The translations under genes and the position numbers were made by a program. From positions 3,162,001 through 3,226,000 of the forward strand of contig JBLDXI010000032.1 of assembly GCA_047495785.1 (NCBI GenBank): DNA of 64,000 bases. Direction: 5' to 3'. A model generated the notes under the pieces. The model saw only the letters and a list, made by a program, of their open reading frames with translations. It was not told where the DNA came from and did no database searches. The DNA comes from Lepidodermella squamata (Eukaryota > Animalia > Gastrotricha). Below, piece after piece: positions 25,042 through 38,023 of the stretch (position 1 is the stretch's first letter; each line of letters starts with the position of its first letter).

Positions 25042-25770
25042 TTACATCGCGCGCTTCGATGTCGGGTAGAATGACGTGGTCGTATCATCATCATCATCAT
25101 CGCCGCCATTTTTGTCATCACCGTCATCATCACCTTCATCTTTACCGCCATTGTTATCACCGTCGTCGCCACCATCTTGTTTGCCATCTTCGCCGTTATT
25201 ATCCTGGTCGTCGCCTGATCCTTGCTCATCGCCATCATTGTCATCGTTATTATTATTATTATCATCTTCATCTTTGTCGTTCTTCGCATCGGCATCATCA
25301 CCATCATCATCGCCGTTATTTACCTGCGGAGGGTTAGCATCGTTATTTTCGTCGTCGTTGTCTCCATCCTTCTTATCATCTCCGTCGTCGTTGTCTCCCT
25401 CATCCTTCTTATCATCTCCGTTGTCGCTGTCGTTGTCGTTTTTCTTGTCGTCATCACCTTCGTCCTTGTCGGTTGTATCATCATTGTCGGCGTCTGTTGT
25501 GGTTTCCTCGTCTTTCTTATTGCTCTCGCCCTCATCTTCGTCGCCATCGTCAGCTGCCGCATCGTCAGTTTTGTCTTCATTGCTATCGTCGGCAGGTTGG
25601 GTCGTTTCTCCGCTTCCGTCATCGCCATCAGTAGGTTCGTCGCCGTCTTTGCCATCGTCGCTTTCGGTCACGTCGACGACAGGTGTCGTAGACTGTTTCG
25701 TCTTGTCATCCTGCTGGGCGAGGGCGCCGGCCAAGAAGATCAAACCAAGTAGCAAGAGAACAGCGCGCAT
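25042..25770 (-). CDS. Secreted Asp/Gly/Asn/Lys-rich acidic protein 3 (242 aa)
   Basis: Signal peptide MRAVLLLLGLIFLAGALA, low-complexity DDGDD/DDKKD repeats, C-terminal SFYPTSKRAM; single exon. Confidence 0.88.
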   Translation of the reverse strand: MRAVLLLLGLIFLAGALAQQDDKTKQSTTPVVDVTESDDGKDGDEPTDGDDGSGETTQPADDSNEDKTDDAAADDGDEDEGESNKKDEETTTDADNDDTTDKDEGDDDKKNDNDSDNGDDKKDEGDNDDGDDKKDGDNDDENNDANPPQVNNGDDDGDDADAKNDKDEDDNNNNNDDNDGDEQGSGDDQDNNGEDGKQDGGDDGDNNGGKDEGDDDGDDKNGGDDDDDDTTTSFYPTSKRAM

Positions 25771-26880
25771 TTTCAGAAATAAAAATTGAGTAAAATTCGA
25801 AGTGTAATGATACGATTAGGTTCAATACTGGCTGTCGGCTCGGATTAGGAAGGCAGATATAGCCTCCGCCCGGTCAGACGCAAAAATACCAGAGCAATAG
25901 TTTTTTCTGCGAATTTTCTGGAAATTGGGTTATATTTCATTTTTAATTAAAGTTGACGAAAAGGAAATTTCGCTAGGCGCAATAAAATTTCGCATCTTCA
26001 TCTTCAGTGCCTAGTCTGAATAATTGAATATTTTTGAAATTTTATAAACAATTATTGGCGATTACGGTTGAACCGAGTTGATACGGTGCCGCCACTGGTG
26101 CGAGCTGTTTACGTCAAACGGGCAGTCACGCTCCAGCCACGCGCCTTATCGTGACCGCCTAATGCTACTTTTTTCATTGTATCTCATTAAAACTCACGAG
26201 GTCGCATTCTTTCGCACGGGCAAATTTACGCGTGGCAACAAAGGTTGAATGATGTATTTTTGGCAAAATTTTCACGTATGATGACAAAAATGTAATTTGT
26301 CTGAACGTGGCCTGTCTCGCCATTTGACCTGGAAATTTTTCTTACAGTCGGAAGCAGTGGAAAATTGATAAAAGAAACACGGTTTTATAGGGCAAGGAGA
26401 GCGCTAAATATAGCAGTTCTTGCCTCGAGTAGCTCTGGAAAGTTGAAGTAGTAACTTTTAATTTTAATTTTTACAAATTTTTCGTAGCGTGTGAAAATCC
26501 GAAAGAAAATAAATTAATAATCGCTGAAGCTGTTCGAAAATAATTACAATTAATTATCAGCACATCGGTCAGCATATCGCTACCGACTTCGGGGCTGTAT
26601 CAGCTTTCAGCTCATTCTGACAAGTCCGATTCGAGATCGGCAATGAACTCGATAATGTAGTATATTTATGCCCTCAGCCACACAAAATGGCATCTACACT
26701 CATCGAAGATTGATAGCACTGGGCAATAATAATATTGCCTTGTAGGCAAAAGTGGCAATAAAAATAGTAAACACACAGTCATTTTTTTTAGTATATTCAA
26801 TGCCGATTTTTCGCCGAAACGCAGTAAGAAAAAAAACCAAGTTCGTAAATTACCATCATAAAATCGCTGCGATAATAAAT

Positions 26881-29800
26881 ATGGATGTTACCGCTGTAAG
26901 TTTATACCATACCTACAGGTGGATTTTCGCATTCAACTGTCTTGTGTTTTCTCACTTTTCCATCCAAGATTGAGCAGTTCGTAGCAAGCCGGTTTAGAAT
27001 TCGCAAGTGCTGCCGATACGTGAGAATAAACACTGCCAACGAGACTCTTACGTCATTTGAGAAACGATTATTTCTACTGTAAACTAACCCATTCCTGATT
27101 AACAATTATTAATTGGGAAATTTTAATCAGAGGTGACTGCGTCTGCGGCCGTTCTTTAGAATGGCACGAAGAAAACGACGCCATGGGCGCCGATCAGGTC
27201 TACCAAGGCGACAAGGAGGTGCCGTGGTCTAACGAAGACGACACCCTGCTGTACCCATGCGATACGTATGGCCAGCTGATTTTCCGCCCTGGTGACGGGG
27301 TCGATTCGACGGAGATTCTACCCGGCGCTTCGGCTAAATACATCAGATTCGATGGCCTTCAGGCTGATAATGGCTACTTAGAGAGCGTCTACCAGCTGAT
27401 GACTAACGAGCGGTTATGGGGCATGAAAAAACCGGGTTTGCTAATCGAAGTTACAGGTTCAACTACCGATTTTCCTCACATCGATCGCATCGCTATCGAT
27501 AAGTTCAACGAGGGACTTCTCAAAGCCGCGACTAGCTCAAGTAAAAATTATTTAATTTTCGATTATTTTCTTATTTAATTTTATAATTTCAAGATGCATG
27601 GATAATTACGAATGGAGTAAATCGCGGCGTAGTCAAGCTTGTCGGCCAGGCTGTGGCTCAAACTCGAATGGCCCATATTGATCGAGAAATTACCTGCATT
27701 GGCATTGGGTCGTGGTCAAACATAAAATATCGCGATAGGCTTGTTCCCAAGTTTCAAGTTGAGGATAACCAAGCATCAAGATTCACGTTGCCAACAACAA
27801 CAGCAACTGAACATCACGAATTGCCTCATCATGGCAAGTGGCGAGTCGATTATTTCATCGATACCGCCGATTCGCTAGGTTCAGCCGGCCTCGAGCAGAA
27901 TCATAACTATTTCCTCTTGGTTGATAACGGGCGGGAGAAGCGATTCGATGAGGAGGTGCAGTTTCGAGCTCGATTGATCGATCATGTGTCGAGGAAACAA
28001 TTGCCTGGAAGCGGAATTTCTTCAAACGACGGCGGCTCCGAGGAAGTTTCAACGCCAAGTTTATTGATTGTTATCGGCGGCGGGGGGTCGGCTTTACGAA
28101 CTATCGAAGAAGCTTTGTCCATAAACTCGTCAACCTCAGCAGACGAGGCGAAACGGACCCCTCGGCCGATAATCGGTAATCATCACAAATTTATCAAAAA
28201 ATTTAATTTTAACATGAGATTATTTAATTTTACAGTGTTGAAGGGTTTCGGTGGAATTTCCGACTTGATAGCCTTCGCTTACGAAATAACGACAAGATCC
28301 GAAGAAAAGTTCGAGGATGATAGGCACAAGCCGAAAAAGCCAAAGTTTTACTTTCAAAAATTGCCGGGAAATACAGCCAAGTTGACCAGGTAATTTTTGT
28401 TTAAATGGCGAAAACAGTAATTTGAAAATAATTCTACAGGCATAATCCGAATCACGAAACGTGGTTTCCAGATGATTTCGATGAAAAGATCCAAGAACAT
28501 CCTGAAATGCGGTGGCTCTTACGCCAAGTTGCTGATGGCAGACGTGATGCTAAAATTGAACGATTTGTTAGGGTAGTTCGAAGCTGCCTGGCAGATCGCA
28601 GAATGGTTACATTATTCTTATTAAATTATGTTTCGTTAATTCATAATTTTTTATCAAAGATAACGGTGTTTGATTTGTTCGCGGATCCGATGGGTGGCAA
28701 TAATAAGGAGCACCTAGACCGCGATATTTTGCAAACCATCTTCAAGGCTGAAATAGGAAGTCCAGAAATCATGTTCGAACTGGCTCAAATCTGGAATCGG
28801 GCAGATATTGCTCAAAATATTCTTCAAGAAAATTGCAACCTGGTCAAGGTATTTAATTTCGAAAATTTTGAAAATAAATCTGTTAAACAACTTACCAGAA
28901 ATCTCTCGACTGTAACGAGGCCATGCTAAGAGCTGTAGCTAATGGTCAAGGACGATTTTGCAAGTTATTCGACGACTACAACCTTATCGATACAAAGAAA
29001 TTCACCACTCGATCTGTGATGACCGAGCTTTACGATCGCGTTTTTGTTCGAAAAGTGGCTTGCTCAAACAAATCTGCCGTCAGTCTTTTTCGAAGTTTTC
29101 TCTTCGAATCTATAGTAAAAGCTTACGAATTTTCGACGTTTTTTTGACATCATTTCTCGTTTTTTAGGGTGGAGAGTTGGAAACTTTGAAGCCGGAGAAA
29201 TTTCTGAAGGTTGTCGGTGAAATTTTGGCTTCGAAAATCGAATGCTACGTTGATAATCTGTTCACCGAGGACATCGTCCCGATCACTGGGAAAACTCGCC
29301 AACCGGATGAGGATGATGACTATTACAACAACCAAATGAGCATAGCCAACTACAGCCAGTTTAAAGGTAAACTTCCGAACAAAAATTTAGTCGATTTTAC
29401 GGATCGTATTTTTTGTGAAGATGCTGTTGCTCGATCTGCTATGTACCCAAGCAGCGAAGAAAAACTGATCGCAGCTAGTCGTGAGGTTGATAACACTTCG
29501 ATTCCTTACCTTTCTGGGATGCGAGACTTATTCCTGTTCTCCCTGCTGATCAACTCGAAAGAAATGGCAACAGCTTTTTGGTTCAAAGGCCAAGACCATC
29601 TTGGGACAGCCCTTTTCGCCGTTAAATTCCTTCAAACTCTCGCCGGTGATGCTAATCAGTCGGGTTTAATCGATTTAGCTGTTGAGTACGAAACCTGGGC
29701 GGCTGATTGGCAAAAACGAGCTCTTGATGCGATGACATTCTGCTACGACGATAATCCAGAACGCACCTACCGGTTATTGACGCGAAGTTTAGCGACTTGG

Positions 29801-31700
29801 CAAGATTACTCCGTGCTTGAAATCGCCTATCACACGAAACAGCAAGAATTTATGGAACATCCAGCTGTTCAGACAAAGCTGAACCAACTTTGGTACGGCC
29901 GAATTGCGCCGTTTTCGAACGAGGTTTTCATGTGCATGTCGACGATTTGCTGGCCTTTGGTCTTAAAAATTCAATTTGTTGCAAGCCCGAAGTCTCAAAG
30001 CCAAGCTTTAACCACTGATATCGAGTCGGTAAAAAATGTCAAAGTCGCGCGAAGGCGGTATGTTGCAGCGAAGTGCGGCCGGGTTTCGGATGATAACTCG
30101 TCGATTTCGTTCGGAGAAGCTATTCATTCGGTGTACTCATCGCCGAAGAACAAATTTTTCCTGCACACCTTGGCAACTTTCGCATCGTTACTGGCTTTTT
30201 CGTATTTCATTATTTCCGGGCCTAATCCAGATCGCGTCTCATGGCTCGAGGTGAAAATAAAAACATTTTTTGGTGTAAAATGCGTTTAAAAATTTTTAAG
30301 GAGGAATTTCTATTTTGTTTTATTTTATTTTATTTTTATCATTTTTTTCTATTTTTTCTATTTTTTATTTGTTTTCAGATTTATATCTGGGCTTGGGCGT
30401 TTGTATCATTTGCTGATCGAATTCGTGAAATTGCCGAGGAGCAGCTACTCAACAAATTTCACGAACGCGTGACCTACTTTTTCTCGCAAATGTGGAATGT
30501 GGCCGAATTAATAGGTCAAGTGTGCTTAATTTTCTCGTTTGTTAAACGCTTCGCTTTACCCGCCGAATATTTCGTCTACACTCGAACGTCTTACGCCGTC
30601 GCCTGCCTTGTTTACTGGGCTAAAGCTTTTCAAATTCTCTACGTATCCAAAAGCCTTGGCCCGAAAGTTATCACCCTGTTCAAGATGATGCACGATTTGA
30701 TTTTTTTCCTCGCACTTTACCTGATTATCCTGGTTTCATTTTCCGTACCAATCTACGTTTTGATGTACCCGAATCGACAAGACAGTGACGAGTTTTTTCA
30801 AACCTTCGGTCAGCTTCTTTTCATCCTATACCTGCGTTGGTGGAATTTAGCCGGTGTGTCGATCGATGACAGTCGAGCCGAAGTTGAAGGCACGTGTCCA
30901 GGGTCTGCCTCGAGTAAAGCTGTCCAGACTGTGAAAAATGCTAGTCTGCTGCGTTTTCGCCGCGAATCGCCTGGTGACGACGCGGATGAAGTTGAAAATT
31001 TGTTCGAAGAAGTTTTCGAAGATGCAAAACGACCGGATTGCTCTCAAAAAAATCTAGTCGCAGTCGGCCTTCTGATCGTTTTCCTCATCATTACTAATAT
31101 CATGCTGTTGAACATGCTTATTGCGATGTAACTTTTTTAATATGATAAATTCATTTGATTATTAAATTTCCTTAAGGCTAACTCACACGGTTGATGCCGT
31201 TCGCGAGCGATCCATTCGATTGTGGCGGTTTCACCTCTACCGCATCACTTACCAATTTTTCGGAAAGCCAATGCTACCTGCTCCATTTTCAGCGTTTGAA
31301 ATCGTCTATCGTACAATTTATGGACTTACCCATCTTGGCAAGTCATCAAGAGTCAGCTCAAGCATAAGTATGATAAATCAATTAGCTCCATATTGTTTTA
31401 AAATATTGCTTTCAGAGGAATATTTCAGTCCGATGGATTTTGAATATCAGCAGCTCTCGTTGTTCGAACGAAGTGCAACGACAGACATGGCCGAAACACA
31501 AGCCCACGAAAATGAAGAGACGCCAAAAGCTACGATTTTGTCTCGCTTAAAGATGGTTCATCAAAAGTAATGGGTTATGATAATAGTTGATCGAAATGTC
31601 TATAACTTGATTACTTGTTTCACACAGGCTGCATAAAAAGCTGGACAAAGTCGAGGCGAAAATTGGCGACATTGCTCAGCAAACGATTGACAACGCTTAA
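26881..31700 (+). CDS. TRPM-like cation channel, copy 3 (intron-rich)
   Basis: First exon MDVTA|gtaagt (an in-frame ATG at 26799 is an alternative start). All TRPM motifs are present as in copies 1-2. Extra introns include 28176-28235 and 30251-30378. Ends ...KLDKVEAKIGDIAQQTIDNA-stop. Confidence 0.9.
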
Positions 31701-32369
31701 TCACGCAAAAATGCAGCTCTTGCCTCTTTGCTTTGCAAAATAAAAGCTGAAAATATAAGAGAATGTTATCAAAATGCTCGGAGTTATTGTCCGTTTTTAT
31801 GCGTTTATCGACACAACTACATGAAAGACTTAGCGCCGCTCATATATCTATCAGTTTTTTTCATCGGCGAGCGAACTCTGATGACCTTGTGAAACATCAG
31901 GATTGAGGCGGCTATCTGCGGGGTGTGTTCAAGCGTATATACGAAAGGTGAAAATCGTTATTATTCGATTATGCTGTTATACTCGCTTCCTGTATAGAGT
32001 ATAGGTATCTATTACCTATCGCGTATTAAGAAGGTGTTTGTTGGGCAGAAAAAGTGTGTGTTAACCTTGACAGGTGAATAATAGAGACTATAGCCGGCAA
32101 TAAAAAACGATCATCGCCTGTGTAAATGATTCAAATAACAAAAAGTATAGGCAAAGGCAATGCAAATTGTTCCATACAGGAATAACCTATTAGGGTGGAT
32201 AGCCACACATATTATACTCTATCGAATAGCGATCAGTCAGAATCGTTCTAATCATTGGAACTCGCTTCTCATACTCATAAAATTGAAAAAAATCGAATTT
32301 TAATTATACTTTTAGTTCAAATCCTTACTCAACGGATATGCTTTATCGATAAGCTTTGACCGGCTAGAG

Positions 32370-35300
32370 ATGAACATTGCTGCTGTAAGTTAAAATTTAT
32401 TAGCTTCCATTTTTAAGGCAGCTTTTTCATCGAAGATCGAGCGTTTCGTAGCAGCAAATTTCAGGGTTCGACGATGTGCTCGCTACGTTAAAGTCGACCT
32501 GATACAGGAAAGCCTTACTGCGACAGAGCGACGATTCTTCAACGAGTAACAGTCTGATATATTTTCGGCTATAAAAAATGCGAAATTTTTTTTATGATAT
32601 AGCGATGATTGCGTTTGCGGTCGAACGATGGAATGGCATATTGAGAAGAATATCCACGTCCCAGGCGAAGGCGAAGAAATTGACCCTAGCCCTTGGAGCC
32701 TCACTGATGACACCATTTCAGGCCCATGTGACACTTTCGGTCAGCTTACCTTTCGAGCCGGCGATGGCGTAGATTCAACTGAAATTCTACCTGGGGCGTC
32801 GGCGAAATACATCCGGCTTGATGGTTCGAGGAGCGACTACGCTTATCTGGAAAGCGTTTACGAACTAATGACGAATGAGCAGTATTGGGGCATGCGAAAA
32901 CCCGGTCTTTGATGGAAATCACCGGTGCTACAACTGATTTCCCTTACATCGATCAAATCACGATCGATAAGTTCAACGAGGGGCTCCTGAAAGCAGCAAA
33001 AAGCTCAAGTAAAAACCTAAAAATGTTCGAATTTTCCGGGTTATTTTTTTCGAAAATTTAGACGCTTGGATTATCACGAACGGAATAAATCGTGGTGTTA
33101 TGAAATTGGTTGGCGAGGCCGTCGCTCAGACTCGGATGGCTCATATCGACCGGAACATAACGTGCCTGGGTATTGGCTCGTGGGGCACTATCAAGTACCG
33201 CGACACCCTGCAGCCCATCACCCTGGGTGACCCTTCGGTCGGCCGGCCGACACCTCGGGGCCGTCGCAAATCTCGTCGCTACCTATTCACCGAAGATGAA
33301 CTAGCTGCGGCTAATTTAGCGAATAGTTTAGGTGATGGATCGGACGTACCCCGCGGTCGATGGATGGTCGATTACTTCGTCGATACGAAAGACGACAACG
33401 GGGCGTTGGCTCTCGATCAAAATCACAATTATTTCCTGCTGGTCGATAACGGCCGTGAGAAGCGATTTGCGGAGGAAATCACCTTTCGAGCTCGTTTATT
33501 GGATCACATTTCCAAGAAAAAACTGCCAGGTAGTGGTGTTGCGAGTAACGAGACAGGCAATGAAACATCGACCCCGAGTTTGCTGATCGTTATCGGAGGT
33601 GGCGAGACAGCTCTGAAAACTGTTGAGGCAACCCTTTCAACGGCAGAGGACAGTAACTATTTTTTCGGCGATCGTTGCCCTCGACCAGTAATTGGTACGA
33701 TTTTTTTTATTTTTCTCTTATTATTGAAAAATTATACTTTTTTGGTAGTCTTACCTGGTTTCGGGGGTGTTGCGGATATAATTTCTTTCGCGTACGAAAT
33801 AACCGAGAAAAAGGAGGAAAAATTCAAAGATGGCGATAAGAAAAAGCCGACAAAGCCTAAATTTTCGTCGCAAAAATCGATGCCTGGGTCAAGGTTTGTT
33901 AAAAATAGAAAATTGTTAAAAAATTACGCCTACTTTCACAGGTCGCAGTTGAACAAGCATGAAAGCTTTTATCCTGACGATTTCGATAAGCGAATTCGTG
34001 AACACCCTGAAATGCAGTGGCTACTACGTCAGGCCCAGGAAAAAGAACGAAAAGCCAAGGCAGAACGTTACGTAACAATTATTCGAAACTGTCTATCAAA
34101 CCGAAAAATGGTAAAATTATTTCGAGTAAAGCCAAAAAGACTTTAGCCAGATGATCGATTTCAGATTACCATTTTTGACCTATTTGCGGAAAACCTTGGC
34201 GGAAAGGAGCCGCTTGATCGTGATATCCTACGGGCAATTTTCAAAGGTTTGTATCTCTAATTTTAAAATTTTACCAATTTTTTTACCATTTTTTAGCTGA
34301 ACTTGGAGGACCAGCGGTTATGCTGGAACTGGCGCAGATTTGGGACAGGGCCGATTTTGCGAAAACTATCTTGCAGGAAAGCTCTAATCTGATTAAAAAG
34401 TCTATGAATTGCAACGAAGCTATGCTACGGGCTGTTGCTGATGGCCAAGCCAAATTCTGTAAGCTCTTCGACGACTACAACCTCGTTGACACGAAGAAAT
34501 TTGTCACGCGTGGAGTCATGGCCGAAATATACGATCGAGTTTTCGTGAAACGAAACGCGCATGTCAACAAAAGCTGTGTCAGCCTGTTCCGTAGTTTCCT
34601 TTTCGAATACAAGGTTAGGAAAATTAAAAAGAATTGTCTCACTTAAAGGATTTTTCTAGGGCGAAGAAGATGAGGAGCTTTGCAGTGAGGAATTTCTCGA
34701 CATTGTTGGTCACATTCTTGCAAGTAAAATTGGATGTTACGTGGATAATTTATTCACCGAGCCCATTGTACCTATTATTGGGAAATCTCGCCAATTCATC
34801 TACGAGGACGACGAGGACGAGGAATTTTTGGAACTTGAACTCAGCGCTGCTGCAGCTTCAACGGGAGCTTCAACAGCATTCAGAAGTAAAAATCATAAAT
34901 AATATTAGAAATCAATGAAAAAATGATTTTATTTTAGTGTCCACATTCATACCTGGTGGCTCTCTGTTCGACCCGGTCAGAGACGCTGTTCAGCGGAAAA
35001 TGACCCGAACTGCCGAGTCTCGCAGTGACCCGTCAACGATACCCTATTTAGCCGGAATGCGCGATTTATTCCTCTTTTCCCTTCTCATCAACTCAAAAGA
35101 CATGGCAATGGACTTCTGGTTCAACGGTCAGGACCATCTTGGAACCGCTCTTTTCGCCGCTAAATTTCTACACACCCTAGCCGGTGATGCGGAACGGTCT
35201 GGCTTGATTGATTTAGCCGTTGAGTACGAAACAAGCGCTTCGAACTGGCAAAAACGCGCCTTGGATGTATTAACTGTTTGCTACGACGACAACCCTGAAA

Positions 35301-37155
35301 GGACGAATCGGCTGCTAACTCGAAGCCTAGTTACCTGGCAGGACTATTCAGCCCTCGAGATAGCGTTTCATGCCGATCAGCAGGAATTTATGGGCCACCC
35401 TGCTGTTCAAACGAAACTGAACCAGTTGTGGTACGGACGAATCGCTCCGTTTTCAAACCACTCCCTCGTCTATTTGTCAGCAATTTGCTGGCCTTTAGTC
35501 TATAAAATACAGTTTTTATCGACATCCAGCTTAATATCATCAACGCCCCTACCTCAGCTGCCAATGATTCCGCCTAAGGATATCGAATCTCCGAATAGCA
35601 CCTTGGGTTTGGGGGAAACTAAGGTTCCGACAAGGCGTCGATATGTTGGGGTTAGGTTCGGGAAACTGTCCGACGATGACGCTTCGATCCCCTTCATTCG
35701 AGCCGTTTACTGCATTTATTCATCGCCGAAAATGAAGTTCCTCCTCCATTCAATCGCGACCTTCCTCTCCTTAATGGCTTTTTCATTTTTCATTATTTAC
35801 GGCCCCGATCCTGATCATGTTAGCTTGTTGGAAATCTACATCTGGCTATGGACTTTCATCACATTTGCTGACCGAATTCGAGAAAGTTTCGGCGAGGAAT
35901 TGCTAAATAATTTCCGGGAGAGTTTCATGTTTTTCTTCGCCCAACCTTGGAATTGGGTTGAAATTATCGCCGAAGTTTGCCTGGCCTTTTCCTTAGTCAT
36001 GCGATTCAGCTTAGATATTCGATATTTCGTCTATCCCCGGACATTCTACGCCCTGGCTTGTTTAGTTTATTGGCTGAAAGCGTTTCACATTTTGTATGTA
36101 TCGCAAGTTCTTGGCCCGAAGGTGATCACCCTGTTCAAAATGTTGCAAGATTTGTTCTTTTTCCTCGCCCTGTACATGATCATTTTGATCTCATTCGCCG
36201 TGCCAATCTACGTCCTTATGTACCCGTCGAGGGACGACGCGGATGATTTTCTGGGAATCACAAACCGGCTGTTCTACATTTTGTACGGCCGTTGGTGGAA
36301 TTTAGTCGGTATCTGGATCGATGAAGGTCGAACTGAAGTTGAAGGAACGTGCACGGTTATCACGCCGAATCATGAGTCGAATCTGATTTTCACGCAGGAA
36401 ACAATGACGGAAGATGGGCATTACGAAAATTACACAATTGAAGCAACTACGGATGTCGAATGTTCGGAGCGAAATTTGGTCGGTATCGTCCTATATGTCG
36501 TATTTCTCATCCTCACCAACATTATGCTTCTTAACATGCTGATTGCCATGTAAGAAATTTTCGAGGAATTTTCAAATTTTCAGAAAATTTTTGAAAAAAT
36601 TTATTCTTTTTTAATTAATTTTTATGCGAATTTAGGCTTACTCATACAGTGGATGCTGTTCGAGAGCGTTCGATTCGTTTGTGGCGCTTTCACATTTATA
36701 GGATCACCTATGAATTCTACGGCAAACCAATGCTACCGCCGCCACTTTCGATCATCGAGATGCTGTATCGACTCGGCAAGCGGATTATGTACCCTGAAAG
36801 CTACCAGCGAAGTAGCTCATCAATAAGTTAGTAAAGTGATTTTAAAAAGGATTAAAATTAATGAATTATTTCTGCTATAGAGGAGTACTTCTCCACGCAT
36901 GACTTCGAGTATCAAAAGCTGTCGCTGTTCGAACGCAGCGCGGCGGTCGATTTACTGGATGCTGAATGTTCAGAACGCGAGGAAGCTTCGAAAAGTGCAA
37001 TCTTATCCCGCCTTAAAATCGTCCATCAAAAGTTGAATTTATAATTTTTCACTGCGATATTATCACAATTTTTCTCTAGGTTATATCGTAAATTGGACGT
37101 GGTTGAAGCAAAAATTGGCGATTTAGCCGCGAGAAGCGCCAGCATTTCGCAGTAA
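32370..37155 (+). CDS. TRPM-like cation channel, copy 4; 1-nt frameshift at 32908-32910 (pseudogene or assembly error)
   Basis: All exons and motifs are intact except CCCGGTCTTTGATGGAA, where paralogs encode PGLLME and one more T is needed. Ends ...KLDVVEAKIGDLAARSASISQ-stop. Confidence 0.82.
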
Positions 37156-38023
37156 ACCCCATTGAAGTAACAATTAGACGCAGTCTTCCTCGGTCCTGGT
37201 TGGCCAGTTGGCCATTTGTTCACCTTTGAAGGTATCATTCAATGAATCAAAAACTATATGATATTATACTTAATCAATTATTGTTAATTATTCGTTCAAA
37301 TAAAAGCAATCAATCGTAAGCTACTTTAGTTTGGGCTGCGCGGCCGATTGTAAAGCTGCCATCTAGAGGGTTTTGCCGGTGAAAACTCCAACAATCTCCC
37401 AAGGTCTCTGAATTCCGAGATTTTAACGGGTTCTCCTTTTACCGGAACCAAATTTACGATGACCAGAACCTAAATTGCTGGAGCGAACCATATTATAGGT
37501 GCCATGTTCCTGCCAAACATATTTTCGATACAAATAAATTTGGTAGAGCATCAATTTTAGATTTTAGACGTGCGACTATTCAGACCCGAATTTTCTCTAA
37601 CATGTTAACGGATAAAAAATGTATTAAAAAAAAACCAAAAATTATGAAAAATATTGGAAAATATGATTATAGAAAACTCTGTAATCAGGCTCTCGTCAAG
37701 AATGAGTTTTACAGAATGGGTCATTTGCAGGCTTATGTGCATTTCGCTTTGTAACAGCTATCAACAAAACTCATTGATCGACATGATTTCGGTGGCACAA
37801 TAAAAAAATTACTAATTGTAACGTGATTCATATTATCGAAAATACGCAAAACGATTTGACACTGCTCGCCAATTTTTTTGCCTGAGCTGATCAAGCGCAC
37901 GCGTTGCCTCATGATGGTGTCATGCACCCTTATTTTCAATAAAATCGTACTTTTGTCGCTTGATTGTCAAGAATAGTTACATTTTTTTGCAGAAAATCAC
38001 ACGTCTTATAAGACGTTTCAATT

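Noticed and set aside
5683-25789. Ser-rich, His-rich and Ile/Val-rich ORFs overlapping the acidic genes (e.g. 5683-5961, 16115-16468, 25059-25337, 25076-25789, 25222-25752)
   Set aside because: Antisense or alternative-frame shadows of GAT/GAC repeats; only the Asp frame has a signal peptide, TATA, poly(A) signal and conserved tail.
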